NCBI GenBank assembly: GCA_020184695.1
Contig: JAANOX010000280.1
Location: 434,001 to 498,000, forward strand
Direction: 5' to 3'
Source: Histomonas meleagridis 2922-C6/04-290x
Taxonomy: Eukaryota; Protista; Parabasalia
DNA: 64,000 bases
Shown here: positions 32,554-44,566 of the stretch, one piece after another
Numbering within the stretch: position 1 is the first letter of the stretch
How the letters are laid out: every line of letters starts with the position of its first letter
Notes under the pieces: model-generated
What the model saw: the letters and a program-made list of their open reading frames with translations, nothing else
The model's database searches: none
What the model was told of the DNA's origin: nothing
Position numbers and translations under genes: made by a program

Positions 32554-33990
32554 ATGTCAATCACGTCGAAAATCTTACAACATCGCCTTGGAGATTCCGA
32601 TGCTTTCGACGATTACCGAAATAGCCAATTTATGCCTTGTTCAATGACAAAATCAATGACTCTTTTGGGACATAAAGGTTGTATTAATACATGTTCTTTT
32701 AATCCTTATGGGAATTTTGAACTTACTGGTTGCGATGATGGAAGTGTTTGGTTATGGGATATTGGTAACCATCAAAGCAAACCAAAAATCCGACTTATAC
32801 CTCATAAAACAAATGTTTTTACAACAAATTTCCTTTCTGAAACACGTTTTATTTCGGGAGGTAATGACGCTAGTGTTCAAGTCATTGAATTAGCTGATGG
32901 TAGAGCTGTTTCCACTAAATATTCAAATCATCATACTCGAAAAGTTCTTTGTTCTTTTGTTGTTGATGAACATACATTTGCAACATGTAGCCAAAAGACA
33001 GTACGTTTATTTGATACTCGTATTCAATATACAGGTCAATCACAGCATAATTTAGATTTTTTAACCGAAGCAGATTTCGATTATGATGGTCAACAAAAAC
33101 TTTATGATGACCTTACAAACAATCATATTCGTCCACAAAGTGATGGAGGTGGCTGTTATCTTCCATCAACAACACCAACAGATCCAAATTCAATTTTACT
33201 TGATTTTACAAATAATCCAAACATGGAATTTTTCACAATGGATATTCATCCAATCGACAGGAAACGCTTTATTGCAAGTTGTGGTGATGGTACCGTTCGA
33301 ATGTTTGATTTACGAATGATCAGACAAAACAAGCCACAACAAATTGGGTTTGAATTCAACAAACACTATGGAAGGATTATGTCTGTTACAGGTGCTACCT
33401 TTAATGAAACAGGAGATAGGATAGCAGCTACAATAATTGGAGGAAATATTCATGTTTTAGATCCTTCATTAGGAATTGATGTTTCTCATATCCAACCACC
33501 AAGGCCTAGAAGCTTTCAAATCAACTTGGCTGACTTCATTAACCAAGAAACAGGAACATTTGACTTCGCACTTTTGAATCGGTTTGCGAATCAACAGACT
33601 GTGGTCGAAGAGGAAGAAGAAGAAGAGAGGCACCCCGTTTTGGGGGAGGTCATTGAGCTCTACGGGGGGCACCAATCACAGTCGACGATCAAAACCGTTA
33701 ACTGGATGGGCAAATTTGTTGTTACTGGAAGTGACAATGGAAGCATTTGTTTTTATGACCCTGATACAGGTGACCCTGTTAACATTGTTAAAGGTCATAA
33801 AGGAAATGTAAACGTTGTAACTGTTCATAAGGAAAAGATGCTTTTGGCAACAAGTGGAATTGATGACTTTGCGGTGTTGTGGGAGCCAATGAAGATATCG
33901 AAGGTTCAAATGAATGAGATTAAAGAAAGAAATGAAGCAGCGCTTCAAGAACCTGAAGAACCTGAAAATTTAATGTGCAATGTAATGTGA
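32554..33990 (+). CDS. WD40-repeat protein (DCAF8/WDTC1-like)
   Basis: GHKGCINTCSF..., TGCDDGSVWLWD, HKTNVF, TGSDNG and GHKGNVNVV...LATSGID. Confidence 0.85.
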   Translation: MSITSKILQHRLGDSDAFDDYRNSQFMPCSMTKSMTLLGHKGCINTCSFNPYGNFELTGCDDGSVWLWDIGNHQSKPKIRLIPHKTNVFTTNFLSETRFISGGNDASVQVIELADGRAVSTKYSNHHTRKVLCSFVVDEHTFATCSQKTVRLFDTRIQYTGQSQHNLDFLTEADFDYDGQQKLYDDLTNNHIRPQSDGGGCYLPSTTPTDPNSILLDFTNNPNMEFFTMDIHPIDRKRFIASCGDGTVRMFDLRMIRQNKPQQIGFEFNKHYGRIMSVTGATFNETGDRIAATIIGGNIHVLDPSLGIDVSHIQPPRPRSFQINLADFINQETGTFDFALLNRFANQQTVVEEEEEEERHPVLGEVIELYGGHQSQSTIKTVNWMGKFVVTGSDNGSICFYDPDTGDPVNIVKGHKGNVNVVTVHKEKMLLATSGIDDFAVLWEPMKISKVQMNEIKERNEAALQEPEEPENLMCNVM

Positions 33991-34360
33991 GGAATTTGTT
34001 TATGTGAACAACAATGTTAAATCATCCAATGTTTTTTGTTCAGATTTTTTTTTGATGTGTTTAAATAATAGCAAACCAAGAAAAATATGAACATTAACGT
34101 TCTCCTCAAATAAAATGTAATAGAACAAATAGTATATTCATTTGATGTTGAATTAACATGCGCTCAAAATAAAAGAAGATTTTTTTAATCCTTTTATGAA
34201 ATAAAAAGATAAGATTAAATACATTAAAAATAAAGGAAGGGGGTCTTAGAGTAAATGAGATCTTCGTGATTTTGTAGTAAAGCTTATAGGATATCCTATA
34301 ACTCAATTTTGGAACTATTTTTAGGTAATAAAGATTAAACTGCCGAAAATCCTGGATATC

Positions 34361-34982
34361 ATGTCTTTTGAAAGAAAGTCATCAACATAACATTACGCGA
34401 TCATTATTAGATCAATCTAAAGAAGAACTTTTTTCATTAAAACGAACGATTGAATCATATCGAAACAATCTTAAAACTCAAAAACTTTATAATACTGAAA
34501 TTGATAATCAAAGATTAAAATCGGTAAGTAATATTGAGAAAGATGAATTTGAAGACAAAATGAAAATGCAAATTAATTATCAGAAAGAATTAAAAGAAGA
34601 AATTAATAAATTAAATCATCTAATTGACTTAAGAAATAATCAATTAACACAATCGGAACAAAAATTACAAACATTACTAATGAAAATTCCGGACTTTGTA
34701 CAACCAGAACAAGCATTGGATAATTCATTGGAAAGTTCAAAGAAATATTAAGAATTCGTACAAAAGAGAAAATATGTTTTGGATGAAATTCAAGAACGAA
34801 ACAGAATTTTGGAGATGCAGAAGATCCAAGAAAGCAAAGACAGGATGAAGCTGCTGAATACACTGATGCCGTCGAAAGAAGCTGAAAAAGAAAACGAGTT
34901 AAAAATTGAGGAATTGATCGAAGGGAGCCAGAAAAACCAAAAAGAAATGGATGAACTGATAGAAGAGATTGGAATGAAATGA
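34361..34982 (+). CDS. Coiled-coil protein, apparently disrupted (in-frame TAA at 34749-34751, possible 5' frameshift)
   Basis: ORFs 34368-34751 and 34779-34982 are in the same frame, and both are E/K/Q-rich coiled coil. Confidence 0.45.
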
Positions 34983-35336
34983 AATTTGTTAATAAAAATT
35001 GTTTTATTTCATAATTCAAATTCTCTTGTTAATTATTTTTTTTCATTAAAAAGTAATTCACATCAGAAAAAATAAATGCAGAATTCGATGTGAATAAAAA
35101 ATAATTTTCATTATACAAAAAAAATTTTTAAGCATTTTTCAATAAATATTTTTCATATGTCATATTAAAAACAAATTCAAAATTCCTTTTTTTATTTTGT
35201 AAGTACCTCTTTGATCAACAAAACCAAACCCCGTTGTTATGAATTCAAAAATGAAGTGATGTGAACATAAACCATTCAAAAAGTTCGTGAAGAAAAAAAT
35301 TTTATTATGACGATTAAATATATCAATAAATGTAAT

Positions 35337-36713
35337 TCACTCCTGTAGGAAAACCCGAACAATGGATTTGATGTAAGTTAGTGCTTCGTTAACACCTTCA
35401 CTTTCATTTTCTTCTGCAAAACTCTGTATCTCATCAATCAATCCCGAGTCATTCATAATAGCAACAGCACCCTGTGGATCTAGTTGTATTATTGATGTGA
35501 AAAAATCCATGAAATTCACAATTAACACTGGATCTGATGCGATCAAATCACATATATATTGGAAAGCGCCACACTTCATGTACTCAATTCTAAATGGAAT
35601 AATCTCAGGAGATGTGTTTTCAGTCAGAAACACACACATACAATACGCACAAAATTTTTTGTTTTCAAAACATAAATTGTCAGAAATTTTCAGAAGTGTA
35701 TGAAAAAGTCCAAATTTGAATACTTCAGAAGTGAAGCAATGCGTCAAATTCTCGATGTGCTCATAAAGCTCCAAAGATGGAACAGATGCAAACTCGACCA
35801 AATGAGCAGTAAGAAGATTAAGCATATCCTCTTGTATGAAAAGTTTCATTTTGTCTTTGGCAATAGATTTTAAAGAATGATAACCAGCCATCAAATGTTT
35901 GTGATTTTTGGATTGTACAAGAAGACCAGTGATTTTCTCGGTGTAGCCAAGTTGTGAAATGATCCTTTCGCAATCAACATCTTCAGCTAGACTTGAAATT
36001 AAATTTAAAGAAATTACAAAAAGATCATCATCAATTACGTACCCAAGAAGCTCATTAACAATCTGAATTATTGGAGAAAGTATAGGTTTGAGGTCTTTGT
36101 AAATAGAAGCTTTCAAAAAGAAATTTATAATGGCAGTAAGAAGAGGAGTTGATTCAGTCGACTTTAGAGCAACCCTAAAAATCTGAGTGAATTTTTCAAA
36201 TGTTTGCGGTGTAAAAAAGCCTTGTAAAGCTTCAATTTTGTTTTCAGTTAAATATGTTAATGCTTGGAGAGAAAGAATTTCAGTTTGCGCATTGATACCA
36301 GAAAGAGCAATGCTACAAACAAGTGTTACAAGTTCTGGATCAACCAATAAATCAAATTTTTCGTCGAATTCTCTCCACATATTAGAGATTATTTGCAATG
36401 CGCACAACCCACTTTCTTGATTTTGAGTTATTCCTTTTAGATAAATGATCAATTTTGTGAAAAATTTTGATGGAATTTCTTTTTGAAATTGAAATCCTTC
36501 TTGATTTGTAAAAACTACGAGATATCTGAGTGCGTTCACATCGTCTTCATCAATTACCTTTTGAACAGCCAAGTTAGCTTTTGATACGTTTTCGATTTCT
36601 TCATCATCGTTGTCGCGAATTATTTGGTAAGCACGCTTGAGAGTTCCGTCAACACTTTGAAAGTTTGGAAGTTTTCTTCCAAAATTAGAGACTTCTGAAT
36701 CATTTTCCCACAT
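35337..36713 (-). CDS. ARM/HEAT-like helical repeat protein
   Basis: Intact 458-aa ORF with a leucine-rich amphipathic helical pattern; family not recognised. Confidence 0.55.
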   Translation of the reverse strand: MWENDSEVSNFGRKLPNFQSVDGTLKRAYQIIRDNDDEEIENVSKANLAVQKVIDEDDVNALRYLVVFTNQEGFQFQKEIPSKFFTKLIIYLKGITQNQESGLCALQIISNMWREFDEKFDLLVDPELVTLVCSIALSGINAQTEILSLQALTYLTENKIEALQGFFTPQTFEKFTQIFRVALKSTESTPLLTAIINFFLKASIYKDLKPILSPIIQIVNELLGYVIDDDLFVISLNLISSLAEDVDCERIISQLGYTEKITGLLVQSKNHKHLMAGYHSLKSIAKDKMKLFIQEDMLNLLTAHLVEFASVPSLELYEHIENLTHCFTSEVFKFGLFHTLLKISDNLCFENKKFCAYCMCVFLTENTSPEIIPFRIEYMKCGAFQYICDLIASDPVLIVNFMDFFTSIIQLDPQGAVAIMNDSGLIDEIQSFAEENESEGVNEALTYIKSIVRVFLQE

Positions 36714-36814
36714 ATGAAATGAATTATTGAATTTTTTTCTTTGTGATCACCCAAAAAGTGAAAAGTGTCATGTATACGTTTTGAAGAAAAACACAAAAAT
36801 TTCAGCATATCAAA

Positions 36815-36868
36815 TTGTTTAGAAGCACTTGCAGTGGACCAGCTTCGTTGTATTCGTCACGTGTGATA
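36815..36868 (-). pseudogene. Displaced fragment of the actin 3' end
   Basis: Near-identical to about 49821-49885, with one substitution and an 11-nt deletion between TGGAC direct repeats. Confidence 0.8.
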
Positions 36869-36954
36869 AATTATATTTGTACATTTTATGAAATTTGATG
36901 AAATCTGACGATTAAAAAATAATAAATTTTATGACTCATTTATACTAAATTATG

Positions 36955-37445
36955 AATAGCTTTCAAAGAATGTTTGGGAACTTCATAAGATGTTAATCAA
37001 AGAGGACATAATCTGAATGAGGTTGTAAAATAATTCGAAATGATGAAATTGAAAAACTTCAAGAAATGTCAACAAAGTGATTTTGATATTAATCAAATAA
37101 TAGCACCATCACTTTATGAAAAATGTTCATTTATTGATAAAGGAATTTCTTTGATTATGCAGCATTTTTTGGATCGATCAAATGTTTTAAATTTTTACTT
37201 ATGAATAATGCATCAACGGTTTAATAAACATCAAAAAAAGGCGACCGTTTGCAGGAAAGCTAGCGGTTTTGTATCGTCCAAAATCAACCATACAATTTTT
37301 ATACAATGTCACAAATTAAAAAAGTAATCGTAAGTGGTTTATTTTAATTATTTCAAACAGCACTTATGATAGCATCTGAAAATGGGCATTTTGAAACCGT
37401 TAAAATTATTGAACAAAAAGAAATTGATATTAATGCCAAAAGTGA
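36955..37445 (+). pseudogene. Degenerate DUF3447/ankyrin gene remnant
   Basis: Fragments WELHKMLIK, IIRNDEIEKLQE, PSLYEKCSF, DYAAFFGSIKCFKFLL and TALMIASENGH, broken by indels. Confidence 0.7.
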
Positions 37446-40400
37446 AATTTCACAAAATAAAATAAGCTGAAATATTTATTTTTTAGTCAATCTCAATAAA
37501 TGAACTTTATAAATTCTCTGTTTTTTAATTCCAATTTTTTCAAATGATAAAACAATTTGCAGAAGGCGTATTAACACTAATACACTTTTAATAAACTAGC
37601 ACTAAGATGACTTAATGATATAACAACAAAATATTAAATTTTCTCAATAAAATGTCATTTTTTTAAGTGGAGCAATTTTTTTATTTATAAACATATGTTC
37701 TATATCCAAATATGTCGTTGCAAAATAATGTTATGCTTTACGTTTAAATGCTTCTAAAAAATATCCTATTTTAGACGAGATATTAACATTTTAAAACATA
37801 AGTTATTCAAAAGTGATAGTCACTGTAAATCAAATAAGAAAAATCACCTTTAAAGTTTTTTTCTCAAGATTTCACTAATGATTTAAAAAGACCATTTATT
37901 GCCCCAAAATGTTACTTTTTTGTCCCAAATGAAAAACCCTAGTAAATAATAGAGTATAAAGAATAACTCAAAAGAGAAAAGGAAATTACAACTAATGAAA
38001 AGAAAATTAATAGAACATGTTTTGGAATTAAATATGTCAAAAAAGTTTTTATGAATAAGAAAAATAAAAAAATTAAGCATCTTAAAGAATAGAATCTCAA
38101 GAAAATTAAATGTAAATGAAAAGAAAAAGAATAAAATATTTTATTAACAAAAATCCACTAAATAAAATTATTAAACATGATAAATAAGTTAAAAATGTCT
38201 TACATTTATATCAATTTCATCATTTTTTTTATCCATTTTGATGATTTTTGCTTTCTAAAATGAATTCTTTTTATTGTAATAACAGAACAACAATATTTGT
38301 TTTCTTCTAAAGATATCTGAAACATTCAAAAAATTGATCCATTTCAAACATTAAGAAGAAATCCAAAAGAATTATAATATTACACAATGTGAATGTGAAT
38401 AACGTTGAACGTAGAAGAGTTTTTTATTAAAAAAAAAAAAAAAATATGTTTTGACAAATGAAGAAAATAACTTAAATTTGAACTAGAGGAATTTTTTCCA
38501 CTGAAAAATTGATTTTAATTGATGTTCTACATGTTTGATTTACACCATTTCTTACAGTGTGTGATTTTTTTATTATAAAAATTAAAAGAAAACTCAAAGG
38601 AATAAGGCCAAAAAAAGCCTTTAGTTGAGTTGCTTATGCTGAATAAGAGCATTTGATGAGTTAAGAACAAGTTCGAACTCAAAATCTCTTCCGGGACATG
38701 AGTTAGTTACAAGAATTATATTTGACTTGATATTACCATCTTGTAATTGATCAACAGTTTTAATTTCCTTCAAAACAAATGGAAATATTTGATCTACCAT
38801 CGTGTTCAACAATTTGATAGACTTTTCAACAATCTGTTGGGCTTCTTGAGAATTAGTATCAATTGAACGTGACATGCTTGTACGTGCAAATTGAAAAAGT
38901 ATATTTTGATCGTCAAGATTCTCAAAAAGTTATACAAACACGTTTATTAAGACGTTAAATTCATACACACAAGCCTCCAGAAAAATGTCAAATTAACGGT
39001 CTTTTCTAAGAACATATAAATCATATTGAAAAATATCTCATCTTCAGCCTAAAATTTTTATTAGCTTTATGTAATTAGTTAGAAGGCGTTTAAAAAATAA
39101 AATTTTCATGATTTAAAGAATAACGCATAAATATTAAATTTTGATATTTCGAAAATTTTATTTTCTTTTTAAAGCATTTTCTTGATAGCAAAGTTAAATT
39201 GGGTCATTATTTCGTCAAATGAAATTTTTCCAAAATTTAAAGCACTTTTACAATTGATTAAAAGTGACAAAAATTACATGTAAAAAAAATGCCTCTCAAT
39301 ATAAAAATATTTTTTGAGAGATCCTCAACTTCAAATCTAGCAATATTTTTGTTAATAATATTTTTAAGTTAAGAATGTAATAGGAAGGAGATGACAAAAA
39401 TTGTTATTATGAAATGTTGAGTGTTCAATCTTTTTAGATGTTATCTAATTTCGACCATACATTTTTAGGAATCTTGAAATATTTCCTATATAGTAATATT
39501 GTAAATTGGTTATATTTATTTTGTAAATTATTATTTGATAATATTTTTACTAAATTTTTGAGAAAAAGTTAAAATATATGAAAAAATCTACTTTTCCAAC
39601 AATTAATCAAGTATAACTTTTTATACCATTTTCATTTCATTTTTGGCCAAAAAAAATGGCCAAATATGGTTTCAAAATGATATTTATTTAGTGATTTAAC
39701 ATTTATTTAATCATATAGGAATGCACTTTATTTTGAAGTTGAAAAAAAAGTGATATAGAAATCTATGCATGAAATCTATGCTAAAAAGATTGTATCGGTT
39801 TACGTAATTATTGTTTTCTATAGGTTTATTTTTTTATTATTATCACCAGTATTCGAGATTATATAGGGACAAAAAAAAATCTCTTTGCATTATGAAAAAA
39901 TAGTTTCCTATTAATTTATTATACATTCATATATAAAAACAGAATCTATAAATTTTCCTGAATGCAAAGAAATTGATGATCTTTTCAAAGTCTATATATC
40001 TCTAAGAATTCTTCTTACCTGCGTTTCGTGTTGACTTTTGAAGGTTACATAAATTTATCTTTGATAACGTCACAGATTCATTTGATGCTTTTCGTTCCGT
40101 TCTGTAATTTCTTTGTTATATTCGTCCAATTCCTTCGTTTTGAGATTTGTGATGAATTTCGACTTATGAAATGAATTGATTAATTGTTGATGTTCAACCT
40201 AAATTCTTGATATTTCGTTGTTTCCTTTTTGTTCGAGTTCTGTTGAAGAGTGACTTAATCTAAGAGATTCAAGCTCCGACTTCTTTCACGCGATTGTTTG
40301 AGATAACTGATGTAGAATGATTCTGCTTGTTCTATGAGTTGATTATTTCGTAAATCTAATAGATACTTTAAGCGTTTCTTTATTAGTAAATAATTTTAGT

Positions 40401-41039
40401 TTATTAATCTCATTATCAGGGAAATTAGATTATAAACATGTTTAATGTTCATTTAAGAATCATTACTAGCAAAATCTTTATATTTAAATACAAATATTAT
40501 AGAAAAAGCACAATATCTATCCTTTTAAAAAAAAATTATACATAGCTTTATTAGTTTCATTTGTTAATTATAAATAATCCATTTTAATACCAAACAATTT
40601 CAATTCCAGAAGATTTGTTGTTTTTCTCATTAATATACTCCAATCAACAACTCACAAATGAATTCTAATCATTTAGCTTTGAATCTCAACCCAAAACTTT
40701 TGAAATTATTTATATATGTTTATGAAATTATTTTTAAAAAATTGAAACAATAGATAAAATTTTTAAAAACTAACATCTTAATTGACCAATTAACTATGTT
40801 ATAATTTTCCTGTTCATATTTTAAAGAGAATATATAGAAAAAAACTACTTTTAGATTGATTTAATAATATACAGATATAAATATCAAATTTAGAAAGATC
40901 TATATAAAAGTATGAATTATAAATATTGATATAATTGTAATTTTTTGAAATGTATTATAAATATTTAATAGAAAAATAATTAATTGATGAAAGGAATTTT
41001 TTCCAGTTTAACTTTTGCTATGTCAGAGGATCATTGTTG

Positions 41040-41521
<482 letters not shown>

Positions 41522-41541
41522 GTTTACCTAATATCTAGAAA

Positions 41542-42375
41542 TTATTTAAATTCTGCAATTTCTTTGTAGACTTTTTCGAATTGTGAATAATTTAATTTGT
41601 TTGATCCATAAATTGGATGAACAATCAAATCAAAGTATTTCCCAAGACCTTCATCAACTAGTAAGAATCTGAAATACTCCGCAACATCAGATGCTTTGTT
41701 TCGAAAAACTCCACAGCCAAAAGCGCCCAAAACGATTACATGTTCATCATGATCAATTGCCCGAAGAATTATTTTTCGGCATCTTTCTAGCATAACCCTG
41801 TGAACATCCTCCTTCGAATTTTTCAATTCAAAGACCCCACAATTGTTAACAGCTGGAGATATAATAATTGATACTTGATATGGGTCGTTAAGAAACTTGC
41901 CATTATCTTCTCGAAACCCTGGAACGCGAGGAGAATGAATCATCTGGTGACTATGTATTAACATTTGTTTTCGATTATGATTATACATTTCTTGATGAAC
42001 CGTGAGAGTGGAATACAAGGCAGAGCTTCGGCAAAGCATTTCTTCCTGAGCTTGTGCCCCAGAAAGAAAGCCACCTCCTGGATTTCTTGCAGCCGCAAAA
42101 TTTAAACATACAACATTGTCTCTATTTTCTTCGCGGATTAAACGATAACATGCTTGAAATGTTGATTCCTGAGTAACTTGAATGATTCCTGCTCTATTGG
42201 GACATTGTGGTAATTGCGACTTATATTCAGGATCATAAAGAACAGAATTTGCAATAGAATATTCAATTTGGTCTTTGATATTTTGGACTTGACCATTAGG
42301 TGATGTATAGAAACCAACTTTCAAAACATCTAATGTTTCTTGTGCGATTTCTTTGTTAATGTTCTTTTTGTTCAT
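41542..42375 (-). CDS. Microbial-type poly(ADP-ribose) glycohydrolase (TIGR02452/DUF2263 macrodomain family)
   Basis: LNFAAARNPGGGFLSGAQAQEEMLCRSS contains the PARG GGG-x6-QEE signature; LGAFGCGVFRN is also present. Confidence 0.88.
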   Translation of the reverse strand: MNKKNINKEIAQETLDVLKVGFYTSPNGQVQNIKDQIEYSIANSVLYDPEYKSQLPQCPNRAGIIQVTQESTFQACYRLIREENRDNVVCLNFAAARNPGGGFLSGAQAQEEMLCRSSALYSTLTVHQEMYNHNRKQMLIHSHQMIHSPRVPGFREDNGKFLNDPYQVSIIISPAVNNCGVFELKNSKEDVHRVMLERCRKIILRAIDHDEHVIVLGAFGCGVFRNKASDVAEYFRFLLVDEGLGKYFDLIVHPIYGSNKLNYSQFEKVYKEIAEFK

Positions 42376-43522
42376 AAAGTTACTGAGTTAAACCTCAGTC
42401 AAAAAATGTTCGTACTTGAGTAAACTGTTTGATACTTTTCTACCGATAGCATAAATGAAAAAATGGATTTATCTCGATATCATCAAACAAAAAATAGATA
42501 CAATTGAATAGAAATATACACAATATAAAATGGGTACATTTCCAGAGCACACGGTGCAACGTTGTCTGGAACAGAGGTTTTAGAGAAACTTTCGAAAACG
42601 TAAAAAGGATTTCAAAAGTGATTTTTTAAAAAATAAATATCACATTACGCATTTTAAAAATTGATTTTTGTTTAAACATTTTATTTCTACAAATCAAAAA
42701 TAAAAAAATGCAGCAAATGCATTTGATCATTGCAAGGCGATATAATTATTTTCTAAATGTTGTTAATGTTTAAAACATAATCCTTATGATATTATTTCAT
42801 AACTAAAAGCTATTTTCTACATGAGCAATTATGAATATTGGGAAGATATGCCGAGCTAAGTAATATATATTCTTTAAAATATATCATCAATTTTGGAATT
42901 ATTCGATTTACCAAGAAATAATAAATTAGAGACGGCTTTGATTAAGCTTAATTATGATGATTTAGAAAAATATGTTTTTATACCATTTGATGATTTTGCG
43001 CATGTATGTTCAAATGAAATAAATAATTCAATTTCATCAATTTGTTGAAAATTTTTGTCTAATATAAATGACGAAAGTAGTTCGATGTTTGTTTAAGTTT
43101 GCATTAAAAAAGAAAAACAATTTTTTGAACCATTTTTAGGTATATGCAAAATGTAAATGAAATTAAAACAAACATTCCAATTAGTTATATCTCAATATTC
43201 TTATTAGCATCGAATACTAAAAGACCTTTTCTCTCTAGTAAATTCCGTTTGCAAGCAAACCCAAATGACATAACAAAAGAATTATTTCATTCATATCGCC
43301 AAGTTTAATTGCATTGTCACCAAAAATCACAAAATTTCGTTTGAATATTTTGGAAAAAAGTCATTAGGCGAACTTGAGTTAATTGGGGATTTAAAGTTAA
43401 GGAAATTTGTTTAGGAATAAATATACATGATTAAAAATTAATTATATTAGAAAAAATTTAATTTATTTGTTATTATGGTAAAAGATTTAATATCATTTTG
43501 GTTTTAGTATCAAATATTACAC

Positions 43523-44375
43523 TTAACTATTTTGTTCAAGTAATTTAACTATTTCTGTATGACCACTCCAAGATGCTCTCATATGTGCTGTTTTAAATAA
43601 TTTAAATAATTTCCAAATATTATTTTGAAATCCAAAATTATTAAAATAAATTCTATATAAAACAAATAAATATCTTTAGCATTAATATCAATTCCTTCTT
43701 GTTCAAGAAGTAATTTAACTATTTCTGTATAACCATAAGAAGATGCCCACATAAGTGCTGTACAAAATAATTTAAATAATTTCCAAATATTATTTTGAAA
43801 TCCAAAATTATTAAAATAAATTCTATATAAAACAAATAAATATCTTTAGCATTAATATCAATTCCTTCTTGTTCAAGAAGTATTTTAACTATTTCTGTAT
43901 GTCCATTTAAAAATGCTAAAATAAGTGCTGTAATAAATAATACAAATAATTTTCAAACTTTATTTTGAAATATTAAATTATTAAAATAAATATTTTTAGT
44001 ATTAATATCAATTCCTTCTTGTTCAAGAAGTAATTTAACTATTTTTGTATGACCATTTTCAGATGCAAGCATAAGTGCTGTTTGAAATAATTTAAATAAT
44101 TTCCAAATATTATTTTGTTATCCAAAAATATTAAAATAAAAATCAAATAAAACAAATAAATATCTTTAGCATTAATATCAATTCCTTTTTGTTTTAAAAC
44201 GTATTCAACTAGTTCAATATTTCTTGATTCTGCTGAAAATACCAATATATCATGAGGAATTGAATGCTCTTTAAGAAAATATTCAACTAAGAAAATATTT
44301 CCAATCATTGTTGCTTCATTAATAACATCATCATTAATTTTCATCCTTTCTCTAAGTAAAAATGAAAATATTTCG
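43523..44375 (-). CDS. 3' half of a DUF3447/ankyrin gene with spacer-interrupted cassettes
   Basis: MKINDDVINEATMIGN...KGIDINAKDI, then cores starting at 44081, 43931, 43761 and 43591. Spacers are 44082-44158 (77), 43932-43988 (57), 43762-43838 (77) and 43592-43668 (77). Confidence 0.7.
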
Positions 44376-44566
44376 TTTTATTAAAATCGTTAAAATACTT
44401 CTTGAACAAAAAGAAATTGATATTAATGCAAAAAATATTTAAGTATTTTATTTAAAATTTATTAAAATAATTTGATATTTATTTTAATTATTTGGAATTT
44501 ATTTTAATTATTTGATACAGCGCTTATATGTGAATCAAGAAATGGTTTTATTGAAATCGTTAAAAT

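Noticed and set aside
34749-34751. Functional stop-codon readthrough in the coiled-coil gene
   Set aside because: A single in-frame TAA with no supporting context; a nonsense mutation or base error is equally likely.
38621-40380. Short ORF 38621-38875 and degenerate coding-like sequence near 40020-40380
   Set aside because: Fragmentary, with multiple stops and no recognisable family; cannot be supported as genes.
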